Counted from the first letter of the stretch, positions 49,501 to 59,957 are shown. The stretch is 64,000 bases of DNA from Leucoraja ocellata (GCA_036785375.1 JAWMAR010001602.1:1-64000); one strand, 5' to 3'. Made by a program: numbers and translations. Notes: generated by a model from the letters alone, not told the origin.

Positions 49501-51223
49501 ATGTTGGGTGTTTTTTCATGGCCTAAAGTCATGTTGCTCTGGAATATGTTAAACAGGTTATTATAGATTATAAATTAACAATACTACTGTGGTAGCACAT
49601 ATCAACTGTGGTAGCACATGGGTAAAAGGGAATCTACATCATGTAACAATCTGGCCAACACAATTTGGCAACCTCATCAGTAGGGGTGTTTTTAATAGTA
49701 CCCCACTGACCTACCCAACCATGGTTCTCGGTGCTACTGGGAATGAGATTAGAACCATGCAGCACCATCCTAAACAGACGATGAAGTATGGGGAAAACCA
49801 CCCGTGCCATGAACATATAAATCGCATAAATCATAGAGTCTGAAAGCGCAACTATTACATCTGCGGCTGACGGCCAGAGCAATGGACATGATCACAGTGG
49901 GCCACAGACAATCAACCTAAAGACAATGTCTAAAATACATAAACTAATGGGAGATGTGTTGCAACCATAATACATCATCCAGCCTGTTTGGCAGCTTTGT
50001 TAACCTACAGGCGCTTAGTATTAGTGATATCAACTGTGCCAGAAGTGGTCCATCTACTTACCTATGGCAAGAGAACGGAACAACAGCTTATGGGGGACAC
50101 TTTTATGGGAATTCCCCAAAGACCAGGTATTCCCAAATACGGGACATCAGCATCGTCTTAACGTTGTTAAAGAACTGGGCTCCAGCCACAGCGCTGTCAT
50201 TACAGTTTTTTTGACATTTTACAAAACTGTCATGCTGATGGCTTAGGTCACGGCACTAAGGACTCAGTCCCTACCAAATTAAGACTGGATAACTAGACCA
50301 GTTCACCTGGCAACTTACACTTCTATATTCAGGAGTTAGGGAACTAAACAGACAGGGGTCAGCGGGCCTTAAAATAACATTTTTAGAGCCTACCCTACAG
50401 ATGATTGCCTGTTGTGAGACATCTACAAATATACATGGAACAAACCAAGACCATCAGTGGCACAGAAGAGGAACTTCTCATCAACTACAGACAGCCTCAT
50501 TAAAGAATAACAGGCCAGGCCAGCTAAATGGCTAACATAGTATTGACCAAAGTTGGTGTAAACACTAACTTGGTTAAAATCTCACTCCACCAGGCTGCAG
50601 CAACGTCGGCAGCATTTAAATTGGAGGTTTTCCTATGGATAAAATCCTCAGGACTGCAGGATGGCCATCGGAAAGAACATTCTAAAGATTATAACAAACC
50701 AATAATGGAAACAGGAAATTTTCAGAAATATTGTTAAGTTTCTGTACCATAATATACCCCAAAAAACAGGGGCTATCAATTATTATTAACTTTATGGTTA
50801 TTTATATATATCATATTGATGTTTAATATGTTATCACTATTCTCCCCATAACCAAGGCAGACATGATGATCCACGGCTTGAATCACAGAGCTTTGAAATC
50901 TTCATGTAGTCACGCACGTGACTCCGAAGTAAAATAGTAAGATTAAACGAGAACTTACCAGTTCGAAGTTTGATCTGTATTTTATGAGGAGTAACGTTGA
51001 GGGAATACATGCCCTCCGCTCCCACCCTTGATCATAAACACGACTGGTATCTTTTTCTCTAATCTTACTATGCTTAAGTCATTACAGGTATCTGTGATTC
51101 ACACTGCTGCTTTGAACAATGACACGCATGCGTACTGGCGGGTTCTTCATGTATTCCCTCAACGTTACTCCTCATAAAATACAGATCAAACTTCGAACTG
51201 GTAAGTTCTCGTTTAATCTTACT
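46517..51223 (+). mobile_element. DIRS-type retrotransposon with decayed coding regions and near-perfect termini (putative non-autonomous)
   Basis: Left end ATTTTACTTCGGAGTCACGTGAGTGAC; ICR 50899-51011 complementary to the left end (36/37) and to the right extension 51148-51223 (76/76); ITR 46546-46579 vs 51118-51151 (33/34). Broken gag, RT, RH, MT and YR remnants are homologous to the intact neighbour. Confidence 0.92.
48537..48632 (+). pseudogene. RNU2: 3'-truncated U2 snRNA pseudogene with an (AAAT)n tail, inside the DIRS RT remnant
   Basis: ATCAGATCTCGGCTTTTTGGCCAAGATCAAGCATAATATCTG...TTATCAGTTTAAATATCTGAT...CATATATTAAA aligns with about nt 1-95 of U2 as recalled. The branch-site-pairing GTAGTA is mutated and the fragment ends before the Sm site. 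Confidence 0.88.
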
Positions 51224-51693
51224 ATTTTATTCACAATGATAGGATTTCAGAGAGGTTGAATGAATGAAAAAAAAGTTCAACAAAATTAGATCACAAGAAA
51301 GAAACTCGAGAAACATACATATGTGTGTGTTATATATTTAAATACATATATATCACATATATACGCATCATATTTACATACATATACATCACATATATAT
51401 ACACGCATCATATATATATATATATATATGATGCGCATATATGTGTGATGTATATGTGTATATATGATGCATATATGTGTGATATATATGTATATAATTT
51501 TACTTCGGAGTCACGTGAGTGACTTCGTGAAGAAGCCCGCTCAGGGCGCAGGTGCGGCATTACGCCAGCAAGTGCAACAGCGGCGGCAGCTGGAGTCAGG
51601 CTCTCCAGCTGCACTTTAAAAGCGCACTTTCAGGTAAGTGAAGGGTGCGTTGGGAACGGAGCGAGTAGGAGTTGGTTTTTGTTTCAGGAAAAC

Positions 51694-52929
51694 ATGTCCC
51701 AACGCAAGAGACTCGCGACCAGAGCTGCCCGAGCTTTAACTCCGCCAGAGGAGTCTATTCCAGCGGGGCAGCAGCCAGCGGCACTACCGCTGGAACAGCG
51801 GTTTGAGATTCCTCAGACCGAGCCGGGCCCAGTCACGCCAGAGCCTACACGGCGGGCTGGGAAAGCCACCTGTAAAACTAACCGGCCGGTCGATTCCGAT
51901 TCGTTGGAGGAGGACATGTCCACCCCCAAGCTGGGGAGAGACAGCCGCTTAAGCAGCATCATGCAGCTGCTGGAGGGGATGGTCTACCGGGAGCAGCAGC
52001 GCTCTCGGTCAGACAGGACAGGCGCCCCCTCCATGGTGCTGAGTCCGGCACCCCCCTTTGCGACCTCGGACCAGGACTGGGAGGTCAGCATCGGTGACCA
52101 GGAGCAGGCTGGTCTGAATATGGGGCAGGCGGAAGGTACCGACAAAGAGCAGGGTGTGCAGGAAGAGCTGCTAGGGGTAGTAACACGATTCGTTGCTACC
52201 CCACGGGTTGGAGCACCACTGCAACCTAGAATGGCTGCAAGTATCAATCATCTATCAAATAAGCCATTGCAGGAAAAGGTGCTCGCCCAAGTGCTGGACG
52301 AGCACATCGCCCCAGACAACTGTGAAGCCCTGAAGGTCAAGAGCCTCAACCCTCAGATATGGGGTAACGTGGGTGGACCTATCCGCACTCAGGAGGTCAA
52401 ACTGCAGCGGGTACTTCGCCTCCTGATGGCGGCGATAACAGCATACGTACGGGGAGTCGAGACCACAGAAATGACAGCTCATCAACAGGATGTCTTGGCG
52501 CTCATGTGCACCACGCAATACGAGCTGAACAATCTCAGGAGAGATAACATTAGGCCGGCACTGAATCCTAAATTTGCAGGATTGTGTAAGGCTCCCACTG
52601 TAGAGACCGACTCATTTCTTTTTGGAAAAGATTTAAATAAACAACTGAAAGAAATGGAGGAGGCTTCGAAAACCTTTAGCCTCATGAGGGCAACACCGCC
52701 AGCACCTGTACCGAAGCTTTTTATAACACCAAGGCGGCAGCACACCGCTGCATCCACCAGTCGGCATCATCCATATGCGACTGGTCAAAGCTTGGGGCCG
52801 CACTATCCCCAGAAACCTTTTTTAGGTCAGGGCCTGCAGCGGACCCCCTGGAAAATGCGCCTCCCCCCAACATCGCCAGCTCGTCAACAGAAAACATCCA
52901 AAAAGAGAAAACCTCAACCCCGCCAATAA
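51694..52929 (+). CDS. DIRS ORF1, gag-like protein (411 aa from the first ATG)
   Basis: Long open frame upstream of RT with a basic C-terminus. The track start at 51679 is TTG; the first ATG is 51694. Confidence 0.85.
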   Translation: MSQRKRLATRAARALTPPEESIPAGQQPAALPLEQRFEIPQTEPGPVTPEPTRRAGKATCKTNRPVDSDSLEEDMSTPKLGRDSRLSSIMQLLEGMVYREQQRSRSDRTGAPSMVLSPAPPFATSDQDWEVSIGDQEQAGLNMGQAEGTDKEQGVQEELLGVVTRFVATPRVGAPLQPRMAASINHLSNKPLQEKVLAQVLDEHIAPDNCEALKVKSLNPQIWGNVGGPIRTQEVKLQRVLRLLMAAITAYVRGVETTEMTAHQQDVLALMCTTQYELNNLRRDNIRPALNPKFAGLCKAPTVETDSFLFGKDLNKQLKEMEEASKTFSLMRATPPAPVPKLFITPRRQHTAASTSRHHPYATGQSLGPHYPQKPFLGQGLQRTPWKMRLPPTSPARQQKTSKKRKPQPRQ

Positions 52930-52931
52930 CC

Positions 52932-54863
52932 ATGGAGGTAGGTGGATCTGGTTCCTACCCGCATATTGTGAATAAGGGTGAATTACTAACAGGGGGAAGG
53001 TTACGCTTATTTACAAAAGCATGGGGGAGGATCACAGATGATAAATATATACTTAATAGTATTCAAGGTTATAAAATAGAGTTTATTTCGAGTATACCGC
53101 CAGTTCAACACATGCCTAAGAGGACATTTGTACTCTCCAACAAACAACAACTGGAGGGACAAGCTGAACTGGTAAGGCTTATAAACAAAGGGGTCATAGG
53201 AAAAACTATTCATGAGCCCTTGGAATTTGTTTCCAATATATTTACTAAATGTAAAACGGATGGTGGATGTCGCATCATCATTGACTTAACATCCTTGAAT
53301 GTGTTTGTTAAGTATATACATTTCAAAATGGAAACATTTGCGACTGCTAGACAATTGATTTTCAAAGGATACTATATGGCCAGCATCGATCTCAAAGATG
53401 CTTACTATCTAGTACCGATACATAAAGATTATAGCAGATATCTTAAATTTATCTGGATGGGGGAGCTTTGGCAGTATAAAGCACTGCCTAATGGGCTTAC
53501 TTCAGCTCCAAGACTATTCACTAAAATATTGAAGCCAGCCATGGCAATGTTAAGGAAACAAAACCATATAGTCATGGCATATTTGGACGACATCCTCATA
53601 GTTGGGAAAACTATGGAATTGGCTGTAGCAGCAGTATCAGCTACAAAACAGCTCCTAGAAACTCTAGGGTTTGTCTTACATCCAGATAAATCCAAGTTAA
53701 ATCCATCCACAATTATGGACTACTTGGGGTTCACAATTAACTCAGTCCAAATGACGATTACCATGCCAAGGGAAAAAATGATTGCATTAACACAATCATG
53801 TGAAAACTTAAAAGTAAAGAGAAAGCCAACTATTCGACAAGTGGCTGCAGTAATTGGAAAAATGGTAGCAGCTTTTCCAGCTATCCAATTTGGACCTTTG
53901 CACTATCAAAATTTGCAAAGAGCAAAGATAATAGCATTAAAATGGCACAGAGGTCATTATGATCGGATTATGACTATACCCCCTGAAGCAATAGCAGAGC
54001 TACAGTGGTGGATTCAATATATTTGGCATGGTTATAGTCCTATAGTTATCACTAATCCTACGTTAGTAATCCAAACCGATGCTAGTGCTCAAGGCTGGGG
54101 AGCAACTAACTCCATATCCAGCACAGGTGGTAGATGGACTAACTCAGAATCCTCATTACTATCTACACTGGGCATTAACACTTTGGAAATGTTGGGCGCC
54201 TTTTATGGTTTGAAAGCATATGCGTCTGATATGCGTCACTTGCATGTTAGATTAGAAATAGATAATACAACGGTGGTGGCTTATATTAACCATATGGGCG
54301 GCATCAAATCTTTATCATGCGACAAATTGGTTAATATGATTTGGCAATGGTGTGTCGAAAGACATATTTGGCTTTCAGCTACCTATCTACCAGGTAAGCT
54401 AAACATAGTGGCGGACACCAGGTCACGGAAATTCAATGATAACATCGAATGGATGTTAAATCCTAAAACATTTGCTAAAATTGTAAAGCAATATGGGAAG
54501 CCAGATATAGATTTATTTGCATCAAGACTGAATCACCAACTACCAGTCTATGTCGCGTGGGAACCAGATCCGGAGGCAGCAGCGGTAGACGCTTTTACGT
54601 TAGATTGGGGAAAGTTTGTGTTTTATGCTTTTCCCCCCTTCTGCCTCATTAGTCGGGTGCTTCGAAAAATCCAGACGGATTCAGCGTCTGGAGTTTTGGT
54701 GGTGCCCGACTGGCCTACACAGACATGGTTCCCAATTCTCCAGGACATGGTGGTGGAAACACCTATGGTATTCCCCAGTCATCCAGGGTTACTGACTCAC
54801 CCAGTATCAGGCATCAGCCACCCATGCCACAAAGATATGAATCTCCTGGGTTGCAGATTTTAA
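52932..54863 (+). CDS. DIRS ORF2: reverse transcriptase, RNase H and adenine-methyltransferase-like domain
   Basis: GGRL, DLKDAY, LPNGLTSAPRLF and YLDD; RNase H TDAS..GWG, LEM, DNTT and ADTRSR; MT DLFAS...YAFPPF...VPDWPTQTWF. Start context ACCATGG. Confidence 0.96.
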   Translation: MEVGGSGSYPHIVNKGELLTGGRLRLFTKAWGRITDDKYILNSIQGYKIEFISSIPPVQHMPKRTFVLSNKQQLEGQAELVRLINKGVIGKTIHEPLEFVSNIFTKCKTDGGCRIIIDLTSLNVFVKYIHFKMETFATARQLIFKGYYMASIDLKDAYYLVPIHKDYSRYLKFIWMGELWQYKALPNGLTSAPRLFTKILKPAMAMLRKQNHIVMAYLDDILIVGKTMELAVAAVSATKQLLETLGFVLHPDKSKLNPSTIMDYLGFTINSVQMTITMPREKMIALTQSCENLKVKRKPTIRQVAAVIGKMVAAFPAIQFGPLHYQNLQRAKIIALKWHRGHYDRIMTIPPEAIAELQWWIQYIWHGYSPIVITNPTLVIQTDASAQGWGATNSISSTGGRWTNSESSLLSTLGINTLEMLGAFYGLKAYASDMRHLHVRLEIDNTTVVAYINHMGGIKSLSCDKLVNMIWQWCVERHIWLSATYLPGKLNIVADTRSRKFNDNIEWMLNPKTFAKIVKQYGKPDIDLFASRLNHQLPVYVAWEPDPEAAAVDAFTLDWGKFVFYAFPPFCLISRVLRKIQTDSASGVLVVPDWPTQTWFPILQDMVVETPMVFPSHPGLLTHPVSGISHPCHKDMNLLGCRF

Positions 54864-55834
54864 ACCGACCTTACCTGGATCTGGGGCTATCGGAACAAAC
54901 CATCGCCACCATGTCAGCATCCCTACGGATATCCACGAAGAGGCAGTACCTAACCTGCATCAAAAAATGGGAAACGTACTGCCAGAAAACCGGGATTGCT
55001 TATAAAACGGCCACAGTAGCGGATGTTCTGGAATTCCTGGCAGACTTACATCATCGTGAAGATTTGAGCTACAGTGCCATCAACACGGCACGTAGTGCTC
55101 TTTCAAATTACCTCGAACCTGCGGGACATCAGGCCATGGGAGCCCATCCGCTGGTGGTAAAACTGATGAGGGGCATATTTAACAGCAAGCCCCCCACCCC
55201 GAGATATACAAAAATCTGGGATGTCAGTGTTGTACTAACATACCTTCGGGACAGACCACCAGCCAGATCTCTCAGCTTAGAGCAGTTGACTTTAAAAACA
55301 CTCATGCTCATGGCGCTAGTATCTGCACAGAGGGTCCAGTCCTTACATAAACTTCGACTGGACAACATGGACACTACATCGGATCAGATCACATTCACTA
55401 TTCAAGGTCTGATAAAACAGTCCAGGCCAGGAACATCAAACACGCTAGTGGCATTCCGGGCATACCCACTAGAGCCACGATTGTGTGTGGTGACCCACAT
55501 AAATATTTACATAGACACTACCCATAACATCAGAGGAAGTGAGAGAGCCTTATGGGTCAGCCACAGGAAACCACATGGCAGGGTAACAAGTCAAACCATT
55601 TCAAGGTGGTTGAAACAGGTTTTGGAAGCTGCTGGAATTAACATTAATCTGTTTAAATCTCATTCCACCAGGGCAGCATCCACATCATCGGCGGCCAGAA
55701 TGGATGTGCCTGTGGACTTAATCCTCAAGAAAGCAGGATGGTCACGGGAAGCCACATTCCGAACATTTTATAATAAACCGTTGGTGGAACCTGATATATT
55801 TGCAGTCAGCATTTTAGAAACTGCAAATGTTTAA
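54725..55834 (+). CDS. DIRS ORF3: tyrosine recombinase
   Basis: SAQR (catalytic R), HSTRAAS (HxxR) and AGW...TFRTFYNK (W and catalytic Y); overlaps ORF2 by 139 nt. Confidence 0.94.
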   Translation: MVPNSPGHGGGNTYGIPQSSRVTDSPSIRHQPPMPQRYESPGLQILNRPYLDLGLSEQTIATMSASLRISTKRQYLTCIKKWETYCQKTGIAYKTATVADVLEFLADLHHREDLSYSAINTARSALSNYLEPAGHQAMGAHPLVVKLMRGIFNSKPPTPRYTKIWDVSVVLTYLRDRPPARSLSLEQLTLKTLMLMALVSAQRVQSLHKLRLDNMDTTSDQITFTIQGLIKQSRPGTSNTLVAFRAYPLEPRLCVVTHINIYIDTTHNIRGSERALWVSHRKPHGRVTSQTISRWLKQVLEAAGININLFKSHSTRAASTSSAARMDVPVDLILKKAGWSREATFRTFYNKPLVEPDIFAVSILETANV

Positions 55835-58211
55835 TTTAAAGCCCGGGGGAGCTATTTTTTCTTTTGTTATTGTTAATAAATACCGTTTTGTTTTCAAAAC
55901 AGATTCATTGGTTGATTACAATAACACTTCCTTCCTCAAGAGCTTTCGGTAGTGAGTGTATAAACTGTTACACGGTTTGAAATCACAGAGCTTTGAAATC
56001 TTCACGAAGTCACTCACGTGACTCCGAAGTAAAATAGTAAGATTAAACGAGAACTTACCAGTTTGAAGTTTGATCTGTATTTTATGAGGAGTTACGATGA
56101 GGGATTACGTGCCCTCCGCTCCCACCCTCATTACATGGATCAAACCGATAAATTGATGTCTCTTTGTTCTTTACTATGTTACTTCAAATACGTGTCTGTC
56201 TGTGATTCCACACCGCTGCTTGGAAGCATGCCGCACCTGCGCCCTGAGCGGGCTTCTTCACGTAATCCCTCATCGTAACTCCTCATAAAATACAGATCAA
56301 ACTTCAAACTGGTAAGTTCTCGTTTAATCTTACTAATATATAACACACATACATATTTCTCGAGTTTCTTTATATATATATAAACATATATTCATTATAT
56401 ATATATATATATATATAATGTGTTTATATATATATAAGAAACTAGAGAATTATGTATGTGTGTTATATAATTATATACATCAATATCACATTTATATATC
56501 TGTGTATCATGTATATAATATATGTGTTTATAATATATAAATATAGGCAAATATATTGGCTTATGGCTTATGTTCCTTATATCTTATAGCAAAATATAAA
56601 GGCGAATATAATTGTCTTTATGGCTTATGTACTTCATGAGAATGGCTCATGTACATCATAAGTTGCTTTAAATCAAAGTTACTTCTGGTCCATGAGGAAC
56701 TTTGAAATATATTATCTATATCTTGCCACTCACACACAGAAACATACACATACCGTTCCCCCACAACACTGATTAAACAAAAGATCATAGAATTCATATG
56801 GTCCAGAGAGCTTTCATTGAGCATTGTTGCTCATTTTATACGCAGTTTCCCTTTTTAATTTTTGTTTTTAGAGGAGCACCTTATTTATTATCAACAAAGA
56901 TAATAATGGTCTAACATGGAAGGCTAAGAGACCAAGATAAACTACAAAATCCAATAGACTGATGTGGATTAAACTGCGAGAGGCAGAACGGAGATCGGGG
57001 TCTTATTCCTAAAATGGCGGAAGTGACGTTCCGTGATGTTCCGATCCGTACTACACGTCAGCCCATTGGATTTCGTAGGAGTGGTCTATCTTGCTCCTCT
57101 AGTATCTTTGGTTCACACTGCCACCCATCGTTGTGTCATCTGGAAATTTGCTAATGTTACTTTGAATCCCTTCATCCAAATCATTGATGTATATTGTAAG
57201 TAGCTGCGGTCCCAGCACCGAGCCTTGCGGTACCCCACTAGTCACTGCCTGCCATTCTGAAAGGGACCCCGTTAATCCCTACTCTTTGTTTCCTCTCTGC
57301 CAACCATTTCTCTATCCATGTCAGCACTCTACCCCCAATACCATGTGCCCTAATTTTGCCCACTAATCTCCCTATGTGGGACCTTATCAAATGCTTTCTG
57401 AAAGTTCAGGTACACTACATCCACTGGCTCTCCCTTGTCCATTTTCCGAGTTACATCTTCAAAAAATTTCAGAAGATCTGTCAAGCATGATTGCCCCTTC
57501 ATAAATCCATGCTGACTCGGACCGATCCTGTTACTGCTATCCAAATGTTCGGCTATCTCATCTTTTATAATTGACTCCAGCATCTTCCCCACCACCGATG
57601 TCAGGCTAACTGGTCAATAATTCCCTATTTTCTCTCTCCCGCTTTTCTTAAAAAATGGGATAACATTAGCTACCCTCCAATTAACAGAAACTGATCGTGA
57701 GTCTAAAGAACATTTGAAAATTATCACCAATGCATCTACGATTTCTAGAGCCACTTCCTTAAGTACCCTGGGATGCAGACCATCGGGCCCTGGGGAGTTA
57801 TCAGCCTTCAGTCCCATCAGTCTACCCAACACCATTTCCTGCCTAATGTGGATTTCCTTCAGTTCCTCCATCACCCCAGATCCTCTGGCCACTACTATAT
57901 CAGTAAGATTGTTTGAGTCCTCCTTAGTAAAGACAGATCTAAAGTACCTGTTCAACTCATCTGCCATTTCTTTGTTCATCAGAGGTGTGAATCTGTGGGA
58001 TTCTCTGCCAGAGGAGGCAGTGGAGGTCAAGTCACTGGATGTTTTCAAGAGAAAGTTAGATTTAGCTCTTAGCACTAACAAATTCTAGGGATATGGAGAA
58101 AATGCTGGTACTGATTTTGGATGCTCTGCAATGATCATATTGAATGGTGGTACTGGCTTGAAGGGCCGAATGGCCTACTCCTGCACCTAATTTCTATGTT
58201 TCTATGTTTCT

Positions 58212-59953
58212 AACTTGTAATCTGTGATCGAAAGGCCCACTCATGCAATTTATCTGTAACCTTTTGTCTGCCTAGGTAATGTCAAATTCATTTAAATTTG
58301 GTAACATATCGATCATCTTCCCCATTTCTTCTACAAGACTACATGTCCATTAAATCAAAGTGGGGAAAACTAAATTAACTTTATTAACACCTCACACTGC
58401 CCTCTAATTGTTTGTGTTTATGTGGCTCTGCAGAGATAGTCCTTATTATCGTAAGAATGCGCATTGAATAAATGATAAAATAACTAATAGTATTAGGAAT
58501 GAATGGATTTAAGATTCTGCCGAATCAGAATATCCCCCCTCTTCTACATTTTCTGTGGCCGAAGACAAAACATTTCATTGTGAATGATGGGCAAGAGCTC
58601 GCCATGTAACTGAAAGGAAACACCTGTGTTGACTGTGCTGCTAAATTAATGAGGCACTTTCATTCTGCTGCTCAAACACTGAAAACTCTGATGGTGAATA
58701 ACAACTAACAAAATAAAAATCTACCTAGCAACAGATCTCGCAAACTTCCAGCTACTAATCTTATTGGTTACATGCTGTATCATTTTGGTGAAACTGTCAG
58801 GAGTATCAATTCTGATCATGTATATCCCGGCTAATGTGTTTGATTGGGTTGCCTTTCACGTTTACAGTGGGCATCAATGTCTCTTAGATTCTGTATGGAA
58901 TCTGTTTAGAGATTATCTGACACAGAGATATAAGGTAATTGTGAATCACACACCACACAGATAGTGACCTGAATAAAACAGAGTAAAATATCGAATGGAT
59001 GTTCATTATCTTCCAGTTTAGCGAAGGTCAGAGGTGTCCACATTGTTTCCCTTTGCACACTGAAGCCGAGTACATGAAGTGAACGCATCTGCGTGAAGGT
59101 CACTGGGTGATATAATGTAGGCATGTGTGAAAATGTAAAACATATCTGGGATGATCAGTGGGGTCTGGATTCCATGTTCTTTAGCCAGAGCACACAGACG
59201 TTTTACAAATCGACCAATGCTGCGATCCATGTGTCCCCCGCCTATTGTATATTTCATAGAAACATAGAAAATAGGTGCAGGAGTAGGCCATTCGGCCCTT
59301 CGAGCCGGCACCACCATTCAATATGATCATGGCTGATCATCCAACTCAGTATCCTGTACCTGCCTTCTCTCCATACCCCCTGATACCTTTAGCCACAAGG
59401 GCCACATCTAACTCCCTCTTAAATATAGCCAATGAACTGGCCTCAACTACCTTCTGTGTCAGAGAATTCCAGAGATTCACCACTCTCTGTGTGAAAAATG
59501 TTTTTCTCATCTCGGTCCTAAAAGATTTCCCCCTTATCCTTAAACTGTGACCCCTTGTTCTGGACTTCCCCAACATCGGGAACAATCTTCCTGCATCTAG
59601 TCTGTCAAACCGCTTAAGAATTTTGTACGTTTCTATAAGATCCCCCTCAATCTTCTAAATTTTACTTTGTTTTAGCAAATGAATGCATCACAATGCAACA
59701 AAATCAATGGTTCAATTATTCAATTATACTTAATTGCCACTTGCACCTATGTACAATGATATTCTTTATGTTTGCATACAATCTAGCAAAATCGCACAGC
59801 AGACCTCATCTAGGAAGTGCACAAAGTGTCGCCATGTTTCTGCCGCCGTGAAAGTTACAAATTGTCTATCCAAAAAACATACATGACAGTTCAGTCAAAA
59901 GTCAATTTCTTTGTACCTATAGAATCCGTCCATTTAATCATTTAATCTTAGCT
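58212..59953 (+). repeat. Duplicated non-coding block, copy B (paralog of 39046-41013), with its own CR1 insert at about 59257-59660
   Basis: Co-linear similarity; both copies are directly preceded by a + strand CR1 3' tail. Confidence 0.9.
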
Positions 59954-59957
59954 GTAA

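Larger units (their letters stand above)
51497..56334 (+). mobile_element. Intact DIRS1-like tyrosine-recombinase retrotransposon (4,838 bp)
   Basis: Three open ORFs. ITR 51526-51560 / 56228-56262 (35/35); ICR 55999-56035 complementary to 51497-51533 (37/37); ICR 56036-56111 complementary to 56259-56334 (76/76). Confidence 0.96.
51299..56470. repeat. AT-rich palindromic repeats flanking the intact DIRS (51299-51496 and 56335-56470)
   Basis: AAGAAACTCGAGAAA...TGTGTGTTATATATT at 51299 is mirrored at 56335-56370 and recurs forward at about 56436; (TA)n centres at about 51420 and 56405. Confidence 0.85.
43791..57110 (+). mobile_element. P-element-like (THAP) DNA transposon, 13,320 bp including nested elements
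   Basis: Inverted termini CAAAGATTATAGAGGAGCAAGATAAACCACTC / CAAAGATACTAGAGGAGCAAGATAGACCACTC (29/32 identical); 8-bp TSD GTTCACAC (43783-43790 / 57111-57118); internal THAP remnant. Confidence 0.82.
42910..57978 (-). mobile_element. CR1 LINE split by the 13.3-kb P-like insertion (halves 42910-43790 and 57111-57978)
   Basis: ...CCTCCTCACAGTTCACAC | GTTCACACTGCCACCCATCGTTGTGTCATCTG rejoins as continuous CR1 RT sequence. Confidence 0.88.

Noticed and set aside
54725-55834. Phage integrase or bacterial contamination
   Set aside because: The YR and MT-like domains sit in canonical DIRS architecture with ITR/ICR, embedded in vertebrate repeats.
56580-56950. C-terminal exon of the P-like transposase
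   Set aside because: No convincing motif could be read; it needs a frameshift-aware alignment.
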